64,000 nt of DNA from an uncultured Gammaproteobacteria bacterium. Its GTDB lineage: Bacteria; Pseudomonadota; Gammaproteobacteria; UBA6186; Azoamicaceae. The stretch is taken from assembly GCA_963805795.1 (NCBI GenBank), contig CAWDVG010000001.1, forward strand, positions 612,921 to 676,920. Direction: 5' to 3'. The notes beneath the pieces are model-generated. The model was not told where the DNA came from, searched no databases, and saw nothing but the letters and a program-made list of their open reading frames with translations. The position numbers and the translations under genes were made by a program. Below, in pieces: positions 29,359 to 39,079 of the stretch (position 1 is its first letter; the number at the start of each line of letters is the position of its first letter).

Positions 29359-30042
29359 ATGGACGATAAGTTTTTACCGCTGGTCCGCAAATTAGGACAT
29401 TCGTTTTCGAATCCTGAATTGCTTTATTCTGCCTTAACACATCGTTCTAGGGGTGCAGCGCATAATGAACGCTTGGAATTTCTAGGGGATTCTTTATTAA
29501 GTTTTACAATCGCAGCTGAACTTTATCAACGCTTTCCAAAAGCCCGAGAGGGGGATTTAACCCGCATGCGAGCTCTTTTGGTGCGGGGTGAAACATTAGC
29601 AGAAATTGCGAGAGATCTACAATTAGGTGAATATTTGAATTTAGGCGTGGGTGAAAAAAAGAGTGGGGGGCATGCCAGAGATTCCATTTTGGCGGATGCC
29701 TTAGAAGCTTGTGTGGGTGCTATTTATTTAGACGGCGGTTTGGAAGCCTGTAAAAAGTGTATTTTGTCTTGGTTTGTGGAACGTCTGGAATCGCTTCGTT
29801 TAAAAACCCCCCAAAAAGATGCAAAAACACGCTTACAGGAATATTTACAAGCACGGCGATTACCTTTGCCAGTGTATAAAATATTAAGTATGGAAGGGGA
29901 TCCTCATGAACCCATTTTTAGGATTGAATGCAGTGTTGCTGTTTTGGGTACACCCTTTATAGGATTGGCAAACACTCGGCGTAAAGCTGAACAAGCCGCA
30001 GCGGATGCTGCGCTAGAGGCATTACAAGATGGAAAAAAATAA
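29359..30042 (+). CDS. rnc: Ribonuclease III
   Basis: It has the RNase III signature ERLEFLGDS and a C-terminal dsRBD (KTRLQEYLQ...AEQAAADAAL). The start is set at the ATG giving MDDKFLPLVRKLGH. Confidence 0.9.
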   Translation: MDDKFLPLVRKLGHSFSNPELLYSALTHRSRGAAHNERLEFLGDSLLSFTIAAELYQRFPKAREGDLTRMRALLVRGETLAEIARDLQLGEYLNLGVGEKKSGGHARDSILADALEACVGAIYLDGGLEACKKCILSWFVERLESLRLKTPQKDAKTRLQEYLQARRLPLPVYKILSMEGDPHEPIFRIECSVAVLGTPFIGLANTRRKAEQAAADAALEALQDGKK

Positions 30043-30958
30043 GACTCATCATAGCCATAATAATCATAATAGCCATAGTGGTTATGTTGCCATTATAGGT
30101 AGGCCCAATGTAGGCAAATCTACCTTATTAAATCAAATTTTAGGGGAAAAGCTAAGTATTACCTCTCGAAAACCTCAAACGACACGGCATCGAATTTTGG
30201 GGATTAAAACCCTAGGTAATATGCAGGCCATTTATGTGGATACCCCAGGAATACATGTGGCAGAGCATACTGCTTTAAATCGTCATATGAACAAAGCTGC
30301 CAGAAATGCATTAAATGATGTAGATATTATTCTTTTTGTAGTGGATGCTTTGAAATGGACGGAAGAAGATGAATGGGTTGCTGGTCTTTTAAAAAACATT
30401 TCTAAGCCCGTTATTTTGGTTATTAATAAAACAGATACATTATCAGAAAAGGAACATTTACTTTCTCATATTAAATCTTTATCAGAAAAGCAAGCATTTT
30501 TGGAGATCATTCCAATTTCTGCCAAAAAAGGGACTCAGGTAGAGAAATTGCAGTCTATCATTGCCAATCTTTTACCGGAAGGTCCTTTGTATTTTCCAGA
30601 AGATGCACTAACCGATCGCAGTATTCGTTTTAGAGTGAGTGAAATCATTCGAGAAAAATTAATTCGTGCTTTAGGGGATGAGTTACCTTACAGTTCTACC
30701 GTTGAAATAGAATCTTTCAAAGAAGAAGGCAATATTCAGCATATTGCTGCCATCATTTGGGTAGAGCGAGAAGGACAAAAACCGATTGTGATAGGGAAGG
30801 GTGGGGAGCGATTAAAAGAAGTTGGGATTCGTTCTAGAAAAGATATTGAACCTATATTAGGAAAAAAAGTTCATTTAAGACTTTGGGTTAAAGTGCGAGG
30901 AGGATGGTCGGACGATGAACGCGCTTTAGCCAGTTTGGGTTATATCGATATACCATGA
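30029..30958 (+). CDS. era: GTPase Era
   Basis: It has G1 GRPNVGKST, DTPG, NKTD and a C-terminal KH domain (VIGKGGERLK). Confidence 0.9.
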   Translation: MEKNKTHHSHNNHNSHSGYVAIIGRPNVGKSTLLNQILGEKLSITSRKPQTTRHRILGIKTLGNMQAIYVDTPGIHVAEHTALNRHMNKAARNALNDVDIILFVVDALKWTEEDEWVAGLLKNISKPVILVINKTDTLSEKEHLLSHIKSLSEKQAFLEIIPISAKKGTQVEKLQSIIANLLPEGPLYFPEDALTDRSIRFRVSEIIREKLIRALGDELPYSSTVEIESFKEEGNIQHIAAIIWVEREGQKPIVIGKGGERLKEVGIRSRKDIEPILGKKVHLRLWVKVRGGWSDDERALASLGYIDIP

Positions 30959-31662
30959 TGCTCCGCTTTGATTCACAGCCAGCCTATATTTTACATAGCA
31001 GACCCTATCAAGAAACCAGTTTGTTATTAGATTTTTTTACAGAAGAATTTGGGCGAGTATCCGCAATTGCTAAAGGGGCCAAACGTCCAAAATCAAGAGG
31101 GCGAGGTTTATTACAACCTTTTGTTCCTTTGTTGATTAGTTGTGTTGGCAAGGGGGAATTATTAACCTTAAAAGAATATGATGCAGTAGGTGCGCCCATT
31201 TTACTTTCGGGTCGTCGTTTAGTTTTTGCTTTTTATATCAATGAATTATTAATGCGTTTATTGCATCATGCTGATGCGCATCATGAATTATTTAAATCCT
31301 ATGCAAATACTTTGCTTCGGCTTAGAGATTGCAGCGATGAAAAGGCGGAGCAATGGCCCTTGCGGCTTTTTGAAAAATCGTTATTGAAAGAATTGGGATA
31401 TGAATTACATTTAACAAATGAAGTGGATTCTGGAAAGCCACTCAATCCGGACCATTATTATTTGTTTGATCCGGATCGGGGGCCAACGCTTGTTCCTTTT
31501 AAAACACAATCGAAAGTGATATTTAAAGGAAGCAGTTTATTGGCCATTGCTACAGAATCACTGACAGATGAAATGGTATTACAGGACGCTAGACGTCTTA
31601 TGCGTTTGGCATTGAGTAGTCACTTGGGGAGTAGGCCTTTAGAGAGTCGGCGATTATTATGA
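30955..31662 (+). CDS. recO: DNA repair protein RecO
   Basis: PAYILHSRPYQETSLLLDFFTEEFGRVSAIAKGAKR is a typical RecO N-terminal OB fold. Its position after era supports the call. Confidence 0.85.
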   Translation: MMLRFDSQPAYILHSRPYQETSLLLDFFTEEFGRVSAIAKGAKRPKSRGRGLLQPFVPLLISCVGKGELLTLKEYDAVGAPILLSGRRLVFAFYINELLMRLLHHADAHHELFKSYANTLLRLRDCSDEKAEQWPLRLFEKSLLKELGYELHLTNEVDSGKPLNPDHYYLFDPDRGPTLVPFKTQSKVIFKGSSLLAIATESLTDEMVLQDARRLMRLALSSHLGSRPLESRRLL

Positions 31663-31705
31663 GCAAGAAGCAAGTTTTACTTAGTCTTTGTATATGGAAT
31701 TATAA

Positions 31706-32089
31706 ATGAGTATTCTGGGTATTGGAACTGATTTAGTCTCTATCGCACGCATCGAAACCATTTGGAATCGTTTTGGGATGAATTTTGCTCGTCGTATTTT
31801 AACCGAAAAGGAATTACAAAATCTAAACAATAGCAAAGATCCCATTCATTTTCTTGCAAAGCGTTTCGCTGCTAAAGAAGCCGTAGCCAAGGCATTGGGT
31901 ACTGGTTTTAGACCGGAAGGCATATTATTAACCGAAATTGGCGTGTTGAACGATGATTTGGGAAGGCCTTATCTAGAATTTATAGGGCACACGGAACAAG
32001 TATTTGATAAACTAGGAGCAATGACACATATTAGTTTAAGTGACGAACGTGAATACGCAATGGCTTTTGTAATTTTAGAAAAAACATAA
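31706..32089 (+). CDS. acpS: Holo-[acyl-carrier-protein] synthase
   Basis: ILGIGTDLVSIARI...RFAAKEAVAKALGTG is the AcpS signature. Confidence 0.88.
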   Translation: MSILGIGTDLVSIARIETIWNRFGMNFARRILTEKELQNLNNSKDPIHFLAKRFAAKEAVAKALGTGFRPEGILLTEIGVLNDDLGRPYLEFIGHTEQVFDKLGAMTHISLSDEREYAMAFVILEKT

Positions 32090-32101
32090 AACTTAATTTT
32101 T

Positions 32102-32302
32102 TTATGTCTTAAAACCCTTCGCCTTCAAATAGGCATCTGCATAGCCCTTTAAAGAAGTATCTTCTTTTTTAGTTAAGGAAAAGGTTAATAACATAGGTCT
32201 AACAAAATCTCTGCTGCGAATAAAAGGGGCAATAGAAGTGACTCGTTCTGAAGCATTTTCTTTTTGCTGTGAATATTGAAAATAGAGAACAAATCTATTC
32301 AC
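32102..32302 (-). CDS. Doubtful small ORF (66 aa), possibly a gene remnant
   Basis: It is only an ORF in the track, with no recognisable family. It lies at the edge of a roughly 600-bp non-coding stretch that also contains a start-less 41-codon open frame on the minus strand, around 32580-32705. Confidence 0.2.
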   Translation of the reverse strand: MNRFVLYFQYSQQKENASERVTSIAPFIRSRDFVRPMLLTFSLTKKEDTSLKGYADAYLKAKGFKT

Positions 32303-32823
32303 ATAATCCTGATTGGATCGGTATTTTGAATGGGGTGTTTAGGCATCACATTAACATAAATAAAACTAGAAAGCTAGGATACAGATAATATTTAATTAGA
32401 AAAAAATGATTAGAAAAAGATGCCACAGTAGAGGTTACTGGGGCAAAATTTGCTAAGCTAGCAAGGTTGTTGCTAGCTTCAGGTTAAAATATTAGGAAAT
32501 GAATTTTAGCCTGTCAATATCTGTATAACTCCAACAATGACAGCCGAATAACTTACTTTAAGTATCACTTTTTGCTGGGGCCAGCGCTCTTTTTAGTTGC
32601 TCTATCTTGCCAAAGGTCCAGAAAATGATATTCCGTAACAGAATGCAGTGGTAAAGTATACTCTGCAATTTCATTAGCTATACCGATTTTATTTTAGCTT
32701 TTGTCAACTAAACAAATTAATTCCGAATAAATTCATAATTATATGAATCACATCGGGTTTATATGTGATATTGCACTCTTATTTTCAAATGTCCATTTAA
32801 CTTTCACGGACATTTAGACATTT

Positions 32824-32898
32824 TTGAGCCGATTAGGGTCTTTAATCGGCTCAAATTTAACTTGATTTTGAGCCGATTAGCATTTATAATTGGCTCAT
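32824..32898. promoter_or_regulatory. Twin palindromic operator-like sites upstream of, and overlapping, the fic start
   Basis: Site 1 is TTGAGCCGATTA-N7-TAATCGGCTCAA (32824-32854, perfect). Site 2 is TTGAGCCGATTA-N7-TAATTGGCTCA (32868-32897, one mismatch). The centres are about 44 bp apart. Confidence 0.6.
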
Positions 32899-32987
32899 GA
32901 ATCTACAGTTGGCAACAAGAAAATTGGCCTCATTTTCAATATTCTATAGAACCTTTACAGGATCTTAATTTTAAAATCGCTGAAAAA

Positions 32988-34031
32988 ATGGGGTCGCTCA
33001 GTGGCAAGCATGCTGGTTTGCCTTCCGATTTGCAAACAGAACACCTCATTAACCTCATGGTTGAAGAGGCTATTAAAACATCTGAAATTGAAGGTGAGTT
33101 TATTAGCCGCTTAGATATCCGTTCATCCATAAAAAAACATTTGGGTTTAAATCAAAAGATTGAAAAAATAAAGGATAAAAGAGCAAATGGAATTGCCGAA
33201 TTGATGCTTGATGTCCGAAATAGCTTTAAAGAACCCTTAACAGAACAAAAACTCTTTGACTGGCATCTAATGTTATTATCAAGCTCATTGAATCCTAATT
33301 TGATGGTTGGGCGTTGGCGCGAACATAAAGAACCTATGCAAGTAGTATCTGGTCGCCATGGTAAATGGCGGGTTCACTTCGAGGCGCCTCCATCTGAGAG
33401 AGTCCCTAAAGAAATGGCAGCATTTATTGACTGGTTTAATAATACTGCCTTGGAGAAATCAAAGGCCATGCAATTTCCTCCTATTCGTGCCGCCATCGCA
33501 CATTTATATTTTGAATGTATTCATCCCTTTGAAGATGGTAATGGTAGAATAGGACGAGCAATTGCAGAAAAAGCTTTATCGCAAGGTTTTGGTTACCCTC
33601 TTATTTTAAGTTTATCAGGGGCCATTGAATCAGATAAAAAGAAGTATTATGATGCTTTAAAAGAAGCATCCAGCACCCTCAAAATAACAGCCTGGATACA
33701 CTATTTCTTAGAAGTTATTTTAAAAGCTCAATTAGATGCAGAGGCCAATATCAATTTTATTCTAAAAAAAGCCAGATTTTTTGATAGAATGGCTGATAAA
33801 TGCAACGAGCGTCAAATGAAAGTTATAAAACGAATGATGAAGGCCGGAATAAAAGGATTTGAAGGGGGCATGAGTGCTCGAAAATATATGAAAATAGCAG
33901 ATACTTCGAAGGCAACGGCCACTCGTGATTTACAAGATTTACTCATGATGCAGGCGTTTAAACAAATGGGCAGTGGCCGTAGTGTTCACTATGACCTAAA
34001 TTTAAATGGAGATTTTGATGGGAATTCTTAA
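32988..34031 (+). CDS. Fic-family protein (AMPylase-type), with a C-terminal winged-helix region
   Basis: It carries the Fic motif HPFEDGNGRIGRA. The same frame is open back to 32901 and encodes IYSWQQENWPHFQY, a typical N-terminus for this Fic subfamily. The only upstream ATG (32897) is one nucleotide out of frame, so either the 5' end is frameshifted or translation starts at 32988. Confidence 0.8.
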   Translation: MGSLSGKHAGLPSDLQTEHLINLMVEEAIKTSEIEGEFISRLDIRSSIKKHLGLNQKIEKIKDKRANGIAELMLDVRNSFKEPLTEQKLFDWHLMLLSSSLNPNLMVGRWREHKEPMQVVSGRHGKWRVHFEAPPSERVPKEMAAFIDWFNNTALEKSKAMQFPPIRAAIAHLYFECIHPFEDGNGRIGRAIAEKALSQGFGYPLILSLSGAIESDKKKYYDALKEASSTLKITAWIHYFLEVILKAQLDAEANINFILKKARFFDRMADKCNERQMKVIKRMMKAGIKGFEGGMSARKYMKIADTSKATATRDLQDLLMMQAFKQMGSGRSVHYDLNLNGDFDGNS

Positions 34032-34077
34032 GGGGACTTGAGAGAATTTTTCTTTGGAATCTCTTGGAGTTGTATGA

Positions 34078-34917
34078 ATGACAATGATCATGGTGTTTGA
34101 TATCGAAACGGTACCGGATGTACAGCAGGGCCGAAGGTTATTAGATTTATCTGCAGAAACTTCGGATAAAGAAGTGAAAGAGGCATTGATTGAACGGCGC
34201 TTGAAACAAACTCAAGGAACCTCAGATTTTTTGCCTCATTATCTGCAAAAAATTGTGGCTATTTCTATTGTTGCCAGAACCGAAGACTGGGTGAAAGTTT
34301 GGTCTTTGGGGGATGAAGCGAGTCAGGAAAAAGAATTAGTATTGCGATTTTTTCAGGGGCTGGAACGCTACACACCTTGGTTGGTTTCTTGGAATGGGGG
34401 GGGCTTTGATTTACCGGTTCTACATTATCGAGCGTTACTACACTCAATTGCTTGCCCGCGTTACTGGGATTCAGGCGAGCAAGATCCCCAATTTAAATGG
34501 AATAACTATTTAAGCCGTTTTCATCAACGTCACACGGATTTAATGGATGTATTAGCCGGTTACCAGAACCGAGCAAATGCCCCCCTAGATGAAATTGCTA
34601 AAATGTTAGGTTTTCCGGGGAAAATGGGCATGAAGGGAAGTGAGGTATTAGAACAATATGAAAACAATAATATAAAGAGTATTCGGGATTATTGTGAAAC
34701 CGATGTATTAAATACCTATTTAGTTTATTTAAGATATCAGTTGCTTCGTGGTCAATTAAATGCAGAATCTTTAACTTTTGAGGAAGAACGCTTAAAAGAA
34801 CATTTAAGAGCGAGCGAAAAGTCCCATTTACTGGAATTTTTAAAACTTTGGGACGAGGGAGCTCAAGCAAATATTCAAGGAGGAGTTCAAGCGGGGGCAC
34901 AAGAACGCAAATGGTAA
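34078..34917 (+). CDS. Predicted 3'-5' exonuclease (PolB-exonuclease-like, RNase H fold)
   Basis: Exo motifs VFDIETVPD, WNGGGFDLPVLHYRAL and HTDLMDVL...YCETDV are present. Confidence 0.7.
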   Translation: MTMIMVFDIETVPDVQQGRRLLDLSAETSDKEVKEALIERRLKQTQGTSDFLPHYLQKIVAISIVARTEDWVKVWSLGDEASQEKELVLRFFQGLERYTPWLVSWNGGGFDLPVLHYRALLHSIACPRYWDSGEQDPQFKWNNYLSRFHQRHTDLMDVLAGYQNRANAPLDEIAKMLGFPGKMGMKGSEVLEQYENNNIKSIRDYCETDVLNTYLVYLRYQLLRGQLNAESLTFEEERLKEHLRASEKSHLLEFLKLWDEGAQANIQGGVQAGAQERKW

Positions 34918-37055
34918 AATACCGAACGAACCATCCTTTTCAAGTGAACGGCAGTTTTGATTTATCGGTTTGGCTAAAAGAAATAGAAGAAACTTTTTCA
35001 GGTGAAGATCTGGAATTGATTTCAAAAGCCTGTGAACTTGCTAAAGAGCAGGGTTCCAATATTCAAACGCCGTTACAGGTATCTTGTTACCATCAGGGTT
35101 TGGCTACGGCAGATATTCTTTATCATTTGGGACTCGATTCCGAGACCATAGCAGCAGCCATTGTTTATGATTGCTTTCGCTATGCAAAGCTGTCTGAAGC
35201 GGAAATCATTAAAAGTTTAAATCAAGGGGTTAGCCAACTTATTTTGGGTGCTAACAAAATGCAATCTTTCCATACTGATCGGAAAGTGCAACAAACAGAA
35301 AATTTACGTCGCTTATTATTGGCAGTTGTTGAAGATATGCGAGTGGTTTTATTAAGTCTTGCAACCTATACCACAGAAATGCATGCAGCCATTCATACCA
35401 ATGATGACATTCGTCAACGTTATGCGATTGATGCGCGCGAGATTTATGCGCCTTTAGCGAATCGACTCGGCATTGGTCAGTTAAAATGGGAATTAGAAGA
35501 TTTAGCGTTTCGTTTCTTAGAACCCGTCGCCTATAAAGAAATTGCCAAATTTCTGGATGAAAAACGGGTTGATCGTGAAGACTTTGTTTTAAAAGCAGTC
35601 ACAGAAATCAAAACGGCTCTAGAGCTCCAACACATTCAAGCAGAAATTACAGGTCGGGCAAAGCATATTTATAGCATTTGGAAGAAAATGCAACGCAAAG
35701 GCGTTGGCTATCACGAAATTTATGATGTTAATGCGGTTCGAATTTTACTCTCTACCATCACGGAATGTTATGCAGCCTTAGGTGTTGTTCATAGCATTTG
35801 GAGACATATCCCTAAAGAATTTGATGATTATATCGCTAATCCCAAAACCAATGGTTATCGATCCTTGCATACAGCTGTTATTGGACCTTTCGGTAAAATT
35901 ATTGAAGTGCAAATTCGAACAAAAGATATGCACAAACAATCGGAGTTGGGAGTCGCGGCACATTGGCGATATAAGGAAGGCGTTGCCGAAGACGAACATT
36001 ATGAAACAAAATTAGCGCAATTGCGCCAAGTTTTACAATGGCAAGAGGATTGGGTTAACGACAGTGCCATCAATGATGCCTTCCGCGCAGAAGTATTCCA
36101 AGATCGTGTCTATGTATTAACGCCAAAAGGTAAGGTGATGGATCTCCGTTCCGGGGCAACGGTATTAGATTTTGCTTATCATGTGCATAGTGAGATTGGA
36201 AATCGATGTAGAGGGGCGAAAGTCAACGGGAAGATGGTTCCTCTTACCCATATATTAAGAAGTGGTGACAGAGTTGAAATCATTACCAGTAAGACAGCAA
36301 GCCCGAGTCGGGATTGGTTAAATCCGCATTATGGTTATTTGGCAACCGTTCGAGCGCGGAGCAAAGTATTACATTGGTTTAGGCAGTATGATAAGGAATT
36401 ATCCCAAAAAGATAGGGAACACCACAAAGAAAAAGATCACCCTGTTAGCCTAACATCGCTTGATGCAGAACGAAAAATGCATGCAATAAAAGCGGCTCAA
36501 AATCTGAGTAGTTCATTAACAAATGCAGATGTTCATGCACTCATAAAAGCACAGGCCCAAGCAGAATCACAAACATTAACCCATGCAGAAACCAAAGCCA
36601 GATACAGAGCGGCGGATATTATTGTGGCCGGTGTTGGAAATTTATTCTGTCAAATTGCGCGATGCTGTAAACCTGTCCCAGGGGATGATATTATTGGTTA
36701 TATTACCATTGGTAAAGGGATTTCGATACATAAGAAAACCTGTGCCAATATTTTGCAAGCTAAAGGACGACAACTATCACGATTGATCCAGGTAGAGTGG
36801 GGCGAAACCATACATAATCTGTATTCCATAGATGTAGTGATTACCGCGTATGATCGGCAAGGATTAATAAGGGATATTACGGCGGTATTAGCCAATGAAA
36901 AAGTGAATGTGAATGCCATTCGTAGTTATTCTAATAAAGATCAAAATAGGGTGACTATTATGCTTTCCCTAGAAATTTCCGGGAAAGAATTGTTAGAAAA
37001 ATTATTTAAACGACTTCAGCAATTGCCCAATGTTATTTCGGTGCAACGAGGTTGA
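34911..37055 (+). CDS. relA: GTP pyrophosphokinase ((p)ppGpp synthetase I)
   Basis: It has a degenerate HD region, the synthetase domain (YAPLANRLGIGQLKWELEDL, GYRSLHTAV, EVQIRTKDMH), and TGS and ACT domains. The start ATG at 34911 overlaps the upstream stop (ATGGTAA). Confidence 0.88.
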   Translation: MVKYRTNHPFQVNGSFDLSVWLKEIEETFSGEDLELISKACELAKEQGSNIQTPLQVSCYHQGLATADILYHLGLDSETIAAAIVYDCFRYAKLSEAEIIKSLNQGVSQLILGANKMQSFHTDRKVQQTENLRRLLLAVVEDMRVVLLSLATYTTEMHAAIHTNDDIRQRYAIDAREIYAPLANRLGIGQLKWELEDLAFRFLEPVAYKEIAKFLDEKRVDREDFVLKAVTEIKTALELQHIQAEITGRAKHIYSIWKKMQRKGVGYHEIYDVNAVRILLSTITECYAALGVVHSIWRHIPKEFDDYIANPKTNGYRSLHTAVIGPFGKIIEVQIRTKDMHKQSELGVAAHWRYKEGVAEDEHYETKLAQLRQVLQWQEDWVNDSAINDAFRAEVFQDRVYVLTPKGKVMDLRSGATVLDFAYHVHSEIGNRCRGAKVNGKMVPLTHILRSGDRVEIITSKTASPSRDWLNPHYGYLATVRARSKVLHWFRQYDKELSQKDREHHKEKDHPVSLTSLDAERKMHAIKAAQNLSSSLTNADVHALIKAQAQAESQTLTHAETKARYRAADIIVAGVGNLFCQIARCCKPVPGDDIIGYITIGKGISIHKKTCANILQAKGRQLSRLIQVEWGETIHNLYSIDVVITAYDRQGLIRDITAVLANEKVNVNAIRSYSNKDQNRVTIMLSLEISGKELLEKLFKRLQQLPNVISVQRG

Positions 37056-37070
37056 GCATCTCATAAATCC

Positions 37071-37793
37071 TTATAACCCTGAAATCATACTAGGAGTAGG
37101 CATGCTGGGATCTATCTTATGATGTTGATAATACGTTTGTATGGCCTCAACCACTTCTTCGGGCTCGTTCACTATTTCAATAAACTTCAAATGTTTTTCA
37201 TCGATCATATTTTCTGGAACTAACGTTTCATGAAACCAACGTAATAAACCACGCCAGAAGGGTTCCTTAACCAAAATAACTGGGATTCTTCTGGTTTTAC
37301 CGGTTTGTATTAGGGCAAGAATTTCAGCAAATTCATCTAAAGTGCCAAAACCACCTGGCAAAACAACATAAGCTGCGGCATATTTTACAAACATTACTTT
37401 ACGAGTAAAGAAATGACGGAAACGTAAGGAAATATCTTGGTATTCATTCGCAGATTCATAGACTGGTAATTCAATATTTAGGCCCACGCTAAGTGATTTT
37501 CCTTTATACGCACCTTTGTTTGCTGCCTCCATAATACCAGGCCCGCCACCCGTCACCACCGAATATCCAGCGTTAGATAGTAATTCCCCAATTTCTTCTG
37601 CCATTGTGTAATAGCGAATGCCGGGTGTCATGCGCGAGGACCCGAAAATACTCACAGAAGGCTTAATGTGAATCAAACGTTCATAGCCCTCAACAAATTC
37701 GGCCATGACTTGAAAGATTTTCCAGGATTCACGTGAAAGCAAGGAATCGTTCACACTAGGGTTAATAGGTCTAGAATTAGAAGATTTTGTCAT
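37071..37793 (-). CDS. LOG-family / TIGR00730 Rossmann-fold nucleotide-binding protein
   Basis: VVTGGGPGIMEAANKGA and PGGFGTLDEFAE (the PGGxGTxxE motif) are present. Confidence 0.8.
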   Translation of the reverse strand: MTKSSNSRPINPSVNDSLLSRESWKIFQVMAEFVEGYERLIHIKPSVSIFGSSRMTPGIRYYTMAEEIGELLSNAGYSVVTGGGPGIMEAANKGAYKGKSLSVGLNIELPVYESANEYQDISLRFRHFFTRKVMFVKYAAAYVVLPGGFGTLDEFAEILALIQTGKTRRIPVILVKEPFWRGLLRWFHETLVPENMIDEKHLKFIEIVNEPEEVVEAIQTYYQHHKIDPSMPTPSMISGL

Positions 37794-37967
37794 ATATTTA
37801 CTCCCCGATACCCCAATGATTCAATTTATTACTGGCATCATTCTATAGATATCGGCATGGCTTGTCTTATCTTTGAAGTCTTTGAAGAGGATTTGAGTAT
37901 AGTCAAGAAGCCATTCACTTGTTATACTGCGCCAGTCGGAAGCTAAAGCCATAGGTAGGAGCAAATT

Positions 37968-38624
37968 ATGCGAATAGTTTTGTTAGGTCCACCCGGAGCT
38001 GGTAAAGGGACTCAAGCAGAGTTCATTTGTCATCACTTTGGTATCCCTAAAATATCCACGGGTGATATGCTTCGCGCAGCAGTCAGTGCTAACACACCAA
38101 TAGGTCAGACCTTTAAAAAAATAATGGAGGAAGGGGGGCTTGCTGGGGATGATCTGATTATCGATTTAGTAAAAGAACGACTTCAGGCTTCGGATTGCAA
38201 ACCTGGTTATTTATTTGATGGCTTCCCAAGAACAGTCCCTCAAACCATTGCCATGGAATCTTTAAATATGAAACTAGACGTGGTGATAGAGCTTAAGGTG
38301 CCAGATGAAGTATTAATATCGCGCTTGTCCGGACGTCGGATCCATTTAAGCTCCGGTAGAGCTTATCATATTAAGTTTAATCCCCCCAAAATAGACAACT
38401 TAGATGATGTGACCGGTGAGCCACTCATTCATCGTGAAGATGATTATGAGGAAACCATTCGTAAGAGACTACAAGTGTATCATCAACAAACGGAACCTCT
38501 CATTCATTGGTTCAAAGAACGGCAATCGTTTTACCCCTATTTTGAAATTTCAGGAGAGGAGAATTTGGACCATATTCAGAAAAAAATAATGGACATCTTG
38601 CAAAAGATAATCCCAAAAGAATAG
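37968..38624 (+). CDS. adk: Adenylate kinase
   Basis: [27 protein letters not shown] and the LID region are present. Confidence 0.92.
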   Translation: MRIVLLGPPGAGKGTQAEFICHHFGIPKISTGDMLRAAVSANTPIGQTFKKIMEEGGLAGDDLIIDLVKERLQASDCKPGYLFDGFPRTVPQTIAMESLNMKLDVVIELKVPDEVLISRLSGRRIHLSSGRAYHIKFNPPKIDNLDDVTGEPLIHREDDYEETIRKRLQVYHQQTEPLIHWFKERQSFYPYFEISGEENLDHIQKKIMDILQKIIPKE

Positions 38625-38662
38625 GGGCTAATCTTTTCAAAGAAAATGGAGGGTAGGGCTTT

Positions 38663-39058
38663 ATGAGTGTAATAGAATTGTCACGCGAAAATTTTGACGC
38701 TATGGTCACAGGCCAACCCATGGTGTTAGTGGATTTTTGGGCGCATTGGTGTGGTCCTTGTCGGGTTTTTGACCCAGTGTATCGCAGAGTTTCAGAAAAA
38801 CATCCAAACATTACCTTTGCCAAAGTGAATGTTGAACAAGAACCAGAACTTGCAGAAGACTTTAATGTCCGATCTATCCCAATGTTAATGATTTTTCGTG
38901 AAGGTATTGCTATTTATGCAGAATCAGGTGCCCTCACAGAACCTGCTTTAGAGGATATTATTCAACAGGCTCAAATGATAGATTTATCAGAAGTTAAGAA
39001 AACCATAGCAGAGAGGGGAGCAAAATCATCGGAAGATAGTCAAGCCCAAGATGAATAA
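38663..39058 (+). CDS. Thioredoxin-family protein
   Basis: It has the WCGPC active site (FWAHWCGPCRVF) plus a roughly 25-aa acidic C-terminal tail. Confidence 0.8.
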   Translation: MSVIELSRENFDAMVTGQPMVLVDFWAHWCGPCRVFDPVYRRVSEKHPNITFAKVNVEQEPELAEDFNVRSIPMLMIFREGIAIYAESGALTEPALEDIIQQAQMIDLSEVKKTIAERGAKSSEDSQAQDE

Positions 39059-39079
39059 AGAAATGAGTGGCAGAAACAA

